Below are positions 1-9,049 of a DNA stretch of 32,154 nucleotides, one piece after another (position 1 is the first letter of the stretch; each line of letters starts with the position of its first letter). The stretch lies in sequence record SRR22947725_591. One strand, written 5' to 3'. The translations under genes and the position numbers were made by a program. The notes under the pieces are model-generated. The model was not told where the DNA came from. It saw only the letters and a list, made by a program, of their open reading frames with translations, and ran no database searches.

Positions 1-83
1 TAAAGTTTCAGCTAGACAAATAAATTATATTTAAAATATTTATTGATAATATTGTTTAATTTCGTCAATCAATTATTTGAATA

Positions 84-3000
84 ATGAATATTAGAAAATT
101 CGAAAAAATAAATACTGTAGCAGGATTAATTGTTTTTTTAATTGCATTAACTACTTATTTTTTGACTGTTGAGCCAACAGCTAGCTATTGGGATGCTGCA
201 GAATACATTTCGACATCAGCTAAATTACAAGTAGGGCATCCTCCAGGAGCTCCATTATTTCAAATGATTGGTGCGTTTTTTTCCTCGTTCGCTTCAAACC
301 CTGAGGATATTGCATTTATGGTGAATATGATGTCTGTCTTTGCTAGTGCGTTTACTATCTATTTACTCTATTTAACGATAGTAATAATCGGAAAGAAAAT
401 TGTTGGCGTTTCAGAAAACATCACAAATGAAAATGCAATTAAAATAATAAGTTCCTCTACGATTGGAGCTTTATGTTTTTCATTTTCTGATAGTTTTTGG
501 TTTAACGCAGTTGAGGCTGAAGTCTACGCCATGGCTACATTTATAATGGCTCTTCTATTTTGGCTAGGATTTAAGTGGGAAGCAGATATGGAAAACGAAA
601 GAGGTAATAGATGGCTTATTTTAATTTCTTTTGTTGTGGGACTTTCATTTGGTGTTCACTTTATGGGCCTTTTGGCTATTCCTGCAATTGGAATGATTTA
701 TTTTTTCAAAAAATATCCAAATCCTAGTTTAAAAAGTTTTTTAATTGCAAATATTCTTTCTGTAACTGTTCTGCTTTTTATTTTTAAGCTTCTTTTGCCT
801 TCAACCCTAGCTTTATTCGGCTATCTGGAAGTGTTTTTTGTAAATAGCCTTAGACTACCTTTTAATTCTGGAACAATTTTTACATCCATTTTAATAATTA
901 CCCTATTCTCTTTTTTATTAACATACACTAGAAAAAAAAATTGGATTAACACAAATGTTCTAACGCTTTGTGTAATGTTTATTTTTATAGGATTTTCAGC
1001 TTGGCTTATGATTCCTATTAGATCAAATGCCAATACTGTAATTAATGAAAATTCACCATCTGATGCAAGAGCTTTACTTGCATATTACAACTTAGAGCAG
1101 TATCCCGAAACAAAACTTTTTTACGGACCAATGTTTTCTGATGCTTACGCAGGTCAAGATGAAACCAATCCATATAAAGATGATAAACCCAAATATGAAA
1201 GAGACGATAAGACAAAAAGATATGTAATTGTAAATGATTGGGAGTCGGGAAAAATCAATTCTAACAGTAAGCATCTTGGACTACTTCCTCGTATGTGGAG
1301 CTCAGAACATGCGATAAACTACATGAACTATTTTGGGTTTTTAGATTTTCAAATTAAACCAGAATATCTAGCAGAAACAAATTTTAAAAAACTTGTAAAT
1401 GAATTTAATCAAAGTGTTGCTAAAGGAGACATCGATGCCGAAGGGTATCACAAGTTTTTAAGTGAATATGGCGGATATCTAGATATTGAAAAACCATCAT
1501 TACTTAATAATTTAAAATATCTATTCAAATATCAAATTGGGTCGATGTATATCAGATATTTTATGTGGAATTTCAGTGGAAGACAAAATGATATAAAATG
1601 GGAATATGATTTGTTAAACGGTAACTGGATTTCTGGAATAAATTTTATAGATGAATTTAGACTTGGTCCTCAAACTAATTTACCTTCAGATCTTAAAAAC
1701 AATAAAGCTAGGAATACTTATTATATGCTTCCTTTAATTTTAGGATTAATAGGACTGCTGTTTCTTTTCAAAAATGATAAAAATCTATTTTGGATTGTGA
1801 TTCTATTATTTCTATTTACTGGCTTAGCACTAAAAGTTTATTTAAATGAAAGAGTCTTTGAACCGCGAGAACGAGATTATGCACTAGTTGGGTCATTTTA
1901 TGTGTTTTCTATTTTTATTGGTCTTAGTTTATACTCAATATCAAATTCATTAAAAAAAATACTTTCTGAAAAAATATCAGTTCCATTATTAAGTATACTA
2001 TTGCTTTCTGTTCCTCTTTTAATGGGTTATCAAAATTGGGATGACCATGACAGGTCTGACAGATATACAGCACAATCTTTGGCTAAAGCTTATTTAAATT
2101 CTATTGACAAGGATAAGGATGCTATGATTTTTACAATTGGAGATAATGATACTTTCGCATTATGGTATGCTCAAGAAATAGAAAATTACAGGACTGATGT
2201 TAGGACTATTAATACAAGTTTAATAGCTACAGATTGGTATATGGATCAAATGAAAAGACGTACCTACAATAGCAGCCCAGTTCCCTCTCAACTTAAACAT
2301 AGTCAATATGCATATGGTATTAGAGATTATATTAAATATGAAGCTTTAATTGATTCTGTTAGGTGGGATATTAAAGATTTCATGAATTGGATTTCTAGTG
2401 ATCATCCTCGAACCAAATATAAAAATCTATTAACTCAATATGGTGCTGATTTAGAAAACATTCCAATGTTTACTCAAAACATGGTTTTCTATCCAACTAA
2501 CAAAATTAGAGTACCTATCAATAAAAAAAATGTTTTAGAGAGCGGAATTGTTAAAGCTGAGAAAGAGGATTTAATTGTAGATTATATTGACATTGATCTT
2601 CCAACTAGCGGCCTATATAAAAATCAATTATTAATGCTAGATATTTTAGCAAACAACGACTGGAAAAGACCTATTTATTTTACAGGAGGAAGTTATAATG
2701 ATGCTGAATATTTATGGATGAAAGATTTTCTTCAACTTGACGGCCTTGTCTATAAGCTAATTCCAATAAAAACAGAAATTAACAAAAACAATCCATACGA
2801 AATGGGACGTATAGATTCTTCGTTAATGTATAATATTGTTAAGAGTTGGGAGTGGGGTAACTCTGAGAGTTCTGAGATTTACCATGATCCTGAGACTAGA
2901 AAAAACAGTATTTCATTTAGAGGAAATCTTCATAGACTTGCAAAACAACTTATTGCAGATAAAGAATATCAAAAAGCAGAAGAAATATTAGATTTATCTA

Positions 3001-3635
3001 TTAAAAAAATGCCTATTGATTATTTTGGATATTATAGTCTTTTAGAACCTTACATCTCAACCTATTATAAAATAAATAAATATGATAAAGGTGATGATCT
3101 TTACCAAAAGCTTTCTGTTAAATATGATGAAAATTTAAAATACTATTCTCAACTATCTAATTCAAAAAATTCTAAATTTTCAATATACAGTTTTGCTGAA
3201 AGTATTATAACTGATACGGAAAGATATAGGTCTCTTTTAGAAACTCTTTTAAAGTCTAAAAATAATAGTCTAAAATCTCAAGCTGTAAAACAATATATAA
3301 GTTCAACTGAGTTTGTGTCTGAACTTTATGGGGATTATGAATATTACACTTTACTTAGCCCCTTTTTACGTCAGCTTTTTATTTCAGAGAGCAATGAACT
3401 TGCTAGAGAGTTATACATTAAGATATCATCTCAATTTAAGGAAAGAATTGCAATAATAATGTCTATGCAGGAAGATAAAAAAGAGGAATATTCTCAGTCT
3501 ATTCTTAACGATTATTTTGAATTAAGATCACTAGTTGGATTAATACAAGAATATGATATTGAGAAAGATTATGTAATAAAAGAAATAAAAGAGTTAGAAT
3601 TAATTGGAGAGGGTTTAAATAAAATCATTAATTAA
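84..3635 (+). CDS. DUF2723 family multi-pass membrane protein (TMEM260-like, GT-C fold glycosyltransferase)
   Basis: 1183 aa; N-terminal TM followed by SYWDAAEY...HPPGAPLF, FWFNAVEAEVYA, GLSFGVHFM, PRERDYA, NWDDHDRS and GDNDTF motifs typical of DUF2723; many TM segments and a soluble helical C-terminus. Confidence 0.88.
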   Translation: MNIRKFEKINTVAGLIVFLIALTTYFLTVEPTASYWDAAEYISTSAKLQVGHPPGAPLFQMIGAFFSSFASNPEDIAFMVNMMSVFASAFTIYLLYLTIVIIGKKIVGVSENITNENAIKIISSSTIGALCFSFSDSFWFNAVEAEVYAMATFIMALLFWLGFKWEADMENERGNRWLILISFVVGLSFGVHFMGLLAIPAIGMIYFFKKYPNPSLKSFLIANILSVTVLLFIFKLLLPSTLALFGYLEVFFVNSLRLPFNSGTIFTSILIITLFSFLLTYTRKKNWINTNVLTLCVMFIFIGFSAWLMIPIRSNANTVINENSPSDARALLAYYNLEQYPETKLFYGPMFSDAYAGQDETNPYKDDKPKYERDDKTKRYVIVNDWESGKINSNSKHLGLLPRMWSSEHAINYMNYFGFLDFQIKPEYLAETNFKKLVNEFNQSVAKGDIDAEGYHKFLSEYGGYLDIEKPSLLNNLKYLFKYQIGSMYIRYFMWNFSGRQNDIKWEYDLLNGNWISGINFIDEFRLGPQTNLPSDLKNNKARNTYYMLPLILGLIGLLFLFKNDKNLFWIVILLFLFTGLALKVYLNERVFEPRERDYALVGSFYVFSIFIGLSLYSISNSLKKILSEKISVPLLSILLLSVPLLMGYQNWDDHDRSDRYTAQSLAKAYLNSIDKDKDAMIFTIGDNDTFALWYAQEIENYRTDVRTINTSLIATDWYMDQMKRRTYNSSPVPSQLKHSQYAYGIRDYIKYEALIDSVRWDIKDFMNWISSDHPRTKYKNLLTQYGADLENIPMFTQNMVFYPTNKIRVPINKKNVLESGIVKAEKEDLIVDYIDIDLPTSGLYKNQLLMLDILANNDWKRPIYFTGGSYNDAEYLWMKDFLQLDGLVYKLIPIKTEINKNNPYEMGRIDSSLMYNIVKSWEWGNSESSEIYHDPETRKNSISFRGNLHRLAKQLIADKEYQKAEEILDLSIKKMPIDYFGYYSLLEPYISTYYKINKYDKGDDLYQKLSVKYDENLKYYSQLSNSKNSKFSIYSFAESIITDTERYRSLLETLLKSKNNSLKSQAVKQYISSTEFVSELYGDYEYYTLLSPFLRQLFISESNELARELYIKISSQFKERIAIIMSMQEDKKEEYSQSILNDYFELRSLVGLIQEYDIEKDYVIKEIKELELIGEGLNKIIN

Positions 3636-3911
3636 ATTAATCAAAGTGTTGGCGTCTTGTTCTCCGCTTTGTCTCCAAACCATTTCTCCAGATTTATAAA
3701 TCATTAATGTCGGTAATCCTTTTACTCTTAGAGCTTCAGATAGCTCATTATTTTGATCTACATTAATTTTAATTACTTTTCCTTTATCTCCAATTGCAGC
3801 CGCAACATCTCTAAGCACAGGATGCATTGCCTTTGAAGAATCATCCCCATCACCATAGAAGTCTAATAGAATTGGTACTTCTAAATTAATAAGTTCACCA
3901 AATTTTGACAT
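3615..3911 (-). CDS. Thioredoxin-fold protein lacking CxxC
   Basis: PILLDFY...M.PVL..VA...KVIKINVDQN..L...LRVKGLPTLMIYKSGEMVWRQSG is a Trx fold with the cis-Pro region (GLPT); WCGPC position reads GDDSS. Confidence 0.85.
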   Translation of the reverse strand: MSKFGELINLEVPILLDFYGDGDDSSKAMHPVLRDVAAAIGDKGKVIKINVDQNNELSEALRVKGLPTLMIYKSGEMVWRQSGEQDANTLINLINDFI

Positions 3912-3955
3912 GTGTCAATATTGAATTTATACTAAAATAAGGTTTTTTTAAAAAA

Positions 3956-5185
3956 CTATGATTTTTTGAGCTTAATCACTGATATTTCAGGGTAAACACC
4001 AATTCTTCCCGGAAAACCTAAAACACCAAATCCTCTATTAACATTTATAAACTGATTTTTTTTATTATAAATACCTGCCCAATATTTATAGGCCCATTTA
4101 ACAGGACTCCAACTAATCCACCCTGGAATTTCAATGCCAAACTGCATTCCATGAGTGTGACCACTTAATGTTAAATGAAAATGGGTTTTGTGATCTATTA
4201 ATACTTTATCCCAATGGGATGGATCATGACTCATGACAATTTTAAAATCAGAATTTGTAAGCCCTAAGCAAGCCATATCGATATCACCTTTTTTCTTAAA
4301 ACGACCTTTTCCCCAATTTTCTACACCAACTAAAGAAATTGAACTATTATTTTTATTGATTTTGGTATTCTCATTTAACAATAAATTAAACCCCATTTCT
4401 TTTTGAATATCTAGAAGCATTTGAAAATTTAATTTTTTTTCATTTTTGGAGCTCCACTGTACATAATCGCCATAATCATGGTTTCCTAAAACTGAATACT
4501 TACCATCTTTTGCCTTAAGTTTTGAGAATAATGTCTTCCATTCTATTAATTCATTAGACTTGTTGTTTACTATATCTCCAGTAAATAAAATAAGATCAGA
4601 ATTTTGTTTATTAATTAAATCTATCGCATACTCAACGTTATTTCTATTGTTTAAACTTCCACTGTGAATATCTGAAATATGAGTTAATTGATAACCGTCA
4701 AAATCATCTGGCAGATCATCAAATTCTAATTCATAATTAAATACTCTGTAATTATATCTTCCCTTAAAAATACCATGGATAACAAATGGAATTGGAATTG
4801 AAGCAACTAAAATTGCTAGTTTACTCAAAAATTCTCTTCTTTGAACCAAAAAAGAATCTGATGAACTAGAAAAAAAGAATTTAATTGTTGATTCTATGAG
4901 TCTAATCAAATCTTCAAAGAAAAGAAAAGAAATAATAATCAATTTAAAACATAATAAAGTAAAGAGTAGAGCAAATGGAACAGACAGATAATTATAAAAA
5001 ATGTCGGAATAATCTAAATTTTGAAAATATATATTAAACAGTCTGAAAAAGAAGTTTGCAAATACAATTACATTTATAATTGTATATATTTTTATTATCC
5101 AATTATTTTTAGTTAATGTTTTAAAGGCTTGAAAAGCGTATATTTCAATTAATAAAAAAACAACGATAATAAATAACCATCTCAA
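3956..5185 (-). CDS. Membrane-anchored calcineurin-like metallophosphoesterase (YkuE/YaeI-like)
   Basis: SDIH, TGDIVN, LGNHDYG, MSHDP, SGHTHG motifs; N-terminal TM helices; TTG start. Confidence 0.88.
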   Translation of the reverse strand: MRWLFIIVVFLLIEIYAFQAFKTLTKNNWIIKIYTIINVIVFANFFFRLFNIYFQNLDYSDIFYNYLSVPFALLFTLLCFKLIIISFLFFEDLIRLIESTIKFFFSSSSDSFLVQRREFLSKLAILVASIPIPFVIHGIFKGRYNYRVFNYELEFDDLPDDFDGYQLTHISDIHSGSLNNRNNVEYAIDLINKQNSDLILFTGDIVNNKSNELIEWKTLFSKLKAKDGKYSVLGNHDYGDYVQWSSKNEKKLNFQMLLDIQKEMGFNLLLNENTKINKNNSSISLVGVENWGKGRFKKKGDIDMACLGLTNSDFKIVMSHDPSHWDKVLIDHKTHFHLTLSGHTHGMQFGIEIPGWISWSPVKWAYKYWAGIYNKKNQFINVNRGFGVLGFPGRIGVYPEISVIKLKKS

Positions 5186-5210
5186 GATTATATTTTTTTA
5201 AATTAGAAGT

Positions 5211-5240
5211 CAAAAATATATAATATATATATATGAACAA
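5211..5240 (-). promoter_or_regulatory. Bacteroidota sigmaA promoter for the metallophosphoesterase (TTG-N19-TATTTTTG)
   Basis: Minus strand: TTG at 5240-5238, 19-nt spacer, TATTTTTG at 5218-5211, matching the -33/-7 consensus. Confidence 0.6.
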
Positions 5241-7971
5241 TAGAAAAAAACTATTCTTAGTTGATGCCTATGCATTAATTTTTAGAGGATATTATGCATT
5301 TATAAAAAACCCCAGAATAAATTCTAAAGGAATGGATACAAGTGCTATTATGGGTTTTATGAATTCACTATTGGATTTAATTAAAAGAGAAAAACCAGAT
5401 AATATTGCGGTTGCATTTGATTTAGGAGGGTCTAGTGATAGGGTTGAAATGTTTGAAGAATACAAAGCTAATAGACACGAAACTCCAGACGCAATTAAAA
5501 TTGCCGTCCCTTACATTCATAATATCTTAAAAGCAATGGGGATACCAATTTTAATGAAAAGAGGGTATGAAGCAGATGATATAATAGGTACAGTTGCAAA
5601 AGATGCGGAAAAAAATAATTTTGAAGTCTTTATGGTAACACCTGATAAAGATTTTGCACAGTTAGTTTCTGAAAATATTTTTATGTACAAACCTGCTAGA
5701 ATGGGAAATGGTATTGAAATATGGGGAATAAAAGAAGTTCAACAAAAATTTGAAGTTACCGATCCTAAGCAGGTAATTGACTTTCTAGGCATGATGGGTG
5801 ATTCTGTTGATAATATTCCAGGCTTACCTGGTGTTGGCGAAAAAACTGCTAAGAAATTTATAAACCTTTACGGTTCAATCGAAAAATTGCTTGAAAATAC
5901 ATCTGAAATTAAAGGGAAATTAAGAGAAAAAATTGAGGCAAATAAAGAAAAAGGTATTCTTTCAAAAAAGTTAGCAACTATAATGCTGGACGTTCCTATT
6001 GAATATGATTTTGTCGACTTTAAACTAGATAATCCTAATCATAAAAATGTTTATGAAATTTTTGAGGAACTGGAGTTTACCAGAATGAAAGAAAATTTTA
6101 AGAGAATTTTTGTTGAGGAAAAACAAGAAGATTTAGCTAAAGAACAGACTTTTAAAATCGAAAAGAAAGATATTCAATATGATTTATTTAATGTTCCCGG
6201 TCAATCAGACACTACTTTAAATAAAGAAAAAAACACTTTTTTAAATTCATCTAAATTTTATCAAAAAAATGAAAGTAAACTTTCAAAAAAACTAACCTTA
6301 TCCATCTTAAAAAACCAAAATAAAATTTCACTTGAAATATTTAAGTTTCAAGAAAAAGAAAATAGTTTTGGGTTAAGTTTTAGTTGGAATAAAGACAAGA
6401 GCTACTTCATCACTTTAGAAAAAAAAGATTCTCAAACGTTAAACGAAATTAAGAAAATATTTGAGAGGGAAGATTTAAAAATTATTGGATTTGACTTAAA
6501 ACATCAGTTTAAACTTTTAGGTGATTTAGATATAAAAATTAAAGGAAAATATTTTGATAATAAAATAGCACATTACTTAGTTAACCCTGACCTTAATCAC
6601 GATTTTAAAACATCTTGTCAAACATATTTGAATTATTCTCCAGATTTAGAAAACGAATCTGAAATTCAAATATGTATGGAAAAATCGGATTTAAATTTTC
6701 AATTAAGCAATCAATTGAAAAAAGATTTAAAAAACGGAGAATTATTAAATCTTTTTGAAGATATAGAAATGCCCTTGTTGAAAGTATTATTGGTTATGGA
6801 AGGCAACGGAATAAAACTAAATTCATATTTTTTAAATGAACTTTCAATTAAATTTCATAGAGATTTAAATGAACTTGAAAAAATCATTTTTGAGATTTCA
6901 AATGAAGAATTTAATCTTGCTTCACCAAAACAACTTGGAGAAGTACTTTTTAATAAAATGAAAATTGTAGAAAAGCCAAAAAAAACAAAATCTGGTCAAT
7001 TTTCAACAAGTGAAGAAATTTTGTCAAAACTTTCATCAGAACATCTGATTGTGGAAAAAGTTCTTGAATGGAGATCTTTACAAAAATTATTAAACACCTA
7101 TGTAGACGCTCTTCCAAAACAAATTAATTCTAATACATTAAGAGTTCATGCTGAATTTAATCAAGCTGTAGCTTCAACAGGGAGACTGAGTAGTAATAAT
7201 CCTAATTTACAAAACATTCCAATTAGAAATCCAAGAGGAAGAGAAATTAGAAAAGCATTTATCTGCAATAATGAAAATTATACTATGCTTTCTGCTGATT
7301 ACTCCCAAATAGAATTACGTGTAATAGCTTGTTTAAGTAAAGATCCAAACATGATTTTAGCATTTAAAAATGATCAAGACATTCACAGCTCAACAGCAGC
7401 AAAAGTATTTAACATTGATATTGATGATGTGACTTCTGAGCAAAGAAGTAACGCTAAGACTGTAAATTTTGGAATTATATATGGTGTTTCAGCGTTTGGA
7501 CTTAGTAATCAAACTTCTTTATCAAGAAAAGAGTCAAAAGAATTGATAGATTCCTATTATGAAGCATATCCTAAATTAAAAAATTATATATCATCACAGA
7601 TAAATTTTGCTAGAGAGAATGGTTATGTTAAAACAATTTTAGGAAGAAAAAGATATTTAAAAGATATTAATTCAAGGAACCCTATAGTTAGAGGAGCTTC
7701 TGAAAGAAATGCAGTAAATGCTCCTGTTCAAGGTAGTGCTGCAGATATTATAAAACTTGCAATGATTAAAATCCAAAAAAGAATAGAAAACAATAATTTT
7801 AAATCTAAAATGCTTGTTCAAGTTCATGATGAATTAGTCTTTGAAATTTATAATACTGAAATGAAAGAAATGAAAGAAATAATTCAAAATGAAATGGAAA
7901 ATGCATATGATATTACAATCCCTTTAAAAGTAGATATGGGTACTGGTTCAAACTGGTTTGAAGCTCATTAA
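5233..7971 (+). CDS. polA: DNA polymerase I
   Basis: 5'-3' exonuclease (LVDAYALIFR, YKANR, EADDIIG, GDSVDNIPG) and polymerase motifs TGRLSS.NPNLQNIP, ADYSQIELR, AKTVNFGIIYG, QVHDELVFE. Confidence 0.98.
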   Translation: MNNRKKLFLVDAYALIFRGYYAFIKNPRINSKGMDTSAIMGFMNSLLDLIKREKPDNIAVAFDLGGSSDRVEMFEEYKANRHETPDAIKIAVPYIHNILKAMGIPILMKRGYEADDIIGTVAKDAEKNNFEVFMVTPDKDFAQLVSENIFMYKPARMGNGIEIWGIKEVQQKFEVTDPKQVIDFLGMMGDSVDNIPGLPGVGEKTAKKFINLYGSIEKLLENTSEIKGKLREKIEANKEKGILSKKLATIMLDVPIEYDFVDFKLDNPNHKNVYEIFEELEFTRMKENFKRIFVEEKQEDLAKEQTFKIEKKDIQYDLFNVPGQSDTTLNKEKNTFLNSSKFYQKNESKLSKKLTLSILKNQNKISLEIFKFQEKENSFGLSFSWNKDKSYFITLEKKDSQTLNEIKKIFEREDLKIIGFDLKHQFKLLGDLDIKIKGKYFDNKIAHYLVNPDLNHDFKTSCQTYLNYSPDLENESEIQICMEKSDLNFQLSNQLKKDLKNGELLNLFEDIEMPLLKVLLVMEGNGIKLNSYFLNELSIKFHRDLNELEKIIFEISNEEFNLASPKQLGEVLFNKMKIVEKPKKTKSGQFSTSEEILSKLSSEHLIVEKVLEWRSLQKLLNTYVDALPKQINSNTLRVHAEFNQAVASTGRLSSNNPNLQNIPIRNPRGREIRKAFICNNENYTMLSADYSQIELRVIACLSKDPNMILAFKNDQDIHSSTAAKVFNIDIDDVTSEQRSNAKTVNFGIIYGVSAFGLSNQTSLSRKESKELIDSYYEAYPKLKNYISSQINFARENGYVKTILGRKRYLKDINSRNPIVRGASERNAVNAPVQGSAADIIKLAMIKIQKRIENNNFKSKMLVQVHDELVFEIYNTEMKEMKEIIQNEMENAYDITIPLKVDMGTGSNWFEAH

Positions 7972-7990
7972 TAATTTGTTTAATTACTGG

Positions 7991-8021
7991 TTTGCAGATT
8001 TGATTTATTATTGTAGATTTG
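7991..8021 (+). promoter_or_regulatory. Bacteroidota sigmaA promoter of rplM-rpsI
   Basis: TTTG (7991-7994), 19-nt spacer, TAGATTTG (8014-8021): exact TTTG-N19-TAnnTTTG consensus. Confidence 0.8.
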
Positions 8022-8031
8022 CAGGCCAATT

Positions 8032-8054
8032 AAAGGCATGTATAATGCTTTTTT
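8032..8054 (+). promoter_or_regulatory. Hairpin in rplM 5' leader (candidate ribosomal leader or attenuator)
   Basis: AAAGGCAT-GTATA-ATGCTTTT stem (one G-U) running into a T tract, between promoter and TTG start. Confidence 0.4.
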
Positions 8055-8069
8055 AAAAAATTAAATATT

Positions 8070-8525
8070 TTGGATTCTTTAACATACAAAACAATCTCAG
8101 CAAATAAAGAAACAGTTGATAAAAACTGGGTTATTGTTGATGCAAGCGGACACGCTCTAGGAAGAATGTGCTCTAAAATAGCTAAACTTATTCGAGGAAA
8201 ATACAAGCCTAGCTTTACTCCTCATGTTGATTGTGGTGATAACGTTATCGTTATTAACGCAGAAAAAATAACGCTTTCAGGCAATAAATGGGAAAGCAAA
8301 GAATATATTCGACACACTGGATACCCTGGTGGGCAAAGGTCATTAACTGCTACTGAACTATTTGCTAAAGATCCTGCAAGATTAGTTGAGAAATCTGTAA
8401 AAGGAATGTTGCCAAAAAACAAATTAGGTGCCGCCCTTTTTAGAAATTTAAAAGTATATGTTGGTGAAAATCATAAGCACGAAGGGCAAAATCCAAAGTT
8501 GATAAATTTAAATGATTTAAAATAA
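8070..8525 (+). CDS. rplM: 50S ribosomal protein L13
   Basis: LGR...IA..IRGKYKPSFTPHVDCGDNVIVINA, HTGYPGG, VKGMLPKN; TTG start. Confidence 0.98.
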   Translation: MDSLTYKTISANKETVDKNWVIVDASGHALGRMCSKIAKLIRGKYKPSFTPHVDCGDNVIVINAEKITLSGNKWESKEYIRHTGYPGGQRSLTATELFAKDPARLVEKSVKGMLPKNKLGAALFRNLKVYVGENHKHEGQNPKLINLNDLK

Positions 8526-8526
8526 T

Positions 8527-8913
8527 ATGGAAGTAATTCATAAAATAGGTAGAAGAAAAAAATCAGTTGCAAGAGTATATCTTTCTAAAGGTAAAGGAAC
8601 ATATTCTATTAACGGAAAATCTTTAAAAGAATATTTCCCAACTGATATTCTTCAATACAAGGTAAATCAACCATTTGCAATAACAGAAACAAGTTCTTCT
8701 TATGATGTTAAAGTAAATGTTTATGGTGGTGGAATAAATGGACAAGCAGAATCTGTGAGATTAGCTATATCAAGAGCTTTATGCCAAATTGATGAAGAAA
8801 ATCGTCCAGCGCTAAAGAAAGAAGGCCTTTTAACTAGAGACCCGAGAATGGTTGAAAGAAAGAAATTTGGTCAAAAGAAAGCAAGAAAAAAATTCCAATT
8901 CTCGAAGCGTTAA
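8527..8913 (+). CDS. rpsI: 30S ribosomal protein S9
   Basis: GRRKKSVARV, GGGINGQA, LTRDPRMVERKKFG.KKARK.FQFSKR. Confidence 0.99.
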   Translation: MEVIHKIGRRKKSVARVYLSKGKGTYSINGKSLKEYFPTDILQYKVNQPFAITETSSSYDVKVNVYGGGINGQAESVRLAISRALCQIDEENRPALKKEGLLTRDPRMVERKKFGQKKARKKFQFSKR

Positions 8914-8971
8914 TTCGACTCGATTATTGTTACACAGTTCATATAAATATTGAAATTAACCTGTTGTCGTA

Positions 8972-9049
8972 TTTCGCTTAGCGAAAGTTAGTTTAGCATC
9001 TAAATAAATTTAAAATTTATTGCTAATCATACTACGGAACGTAAACTAA
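8972..9049 (+). promoter_or_regulatory. Structured rpsB 5' leader (candidate S2 autoregulatory RNA)
   Basis: Hairpin TTTCGC-TTA-GCGAAA (8972-8986); long-range TTAGTTTA (8988-8995)/TAAACTAA (9042-9049); inner TTAGCA/TGCTAA and AATAAATT/AATTTATT. Confidence 0.55.
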
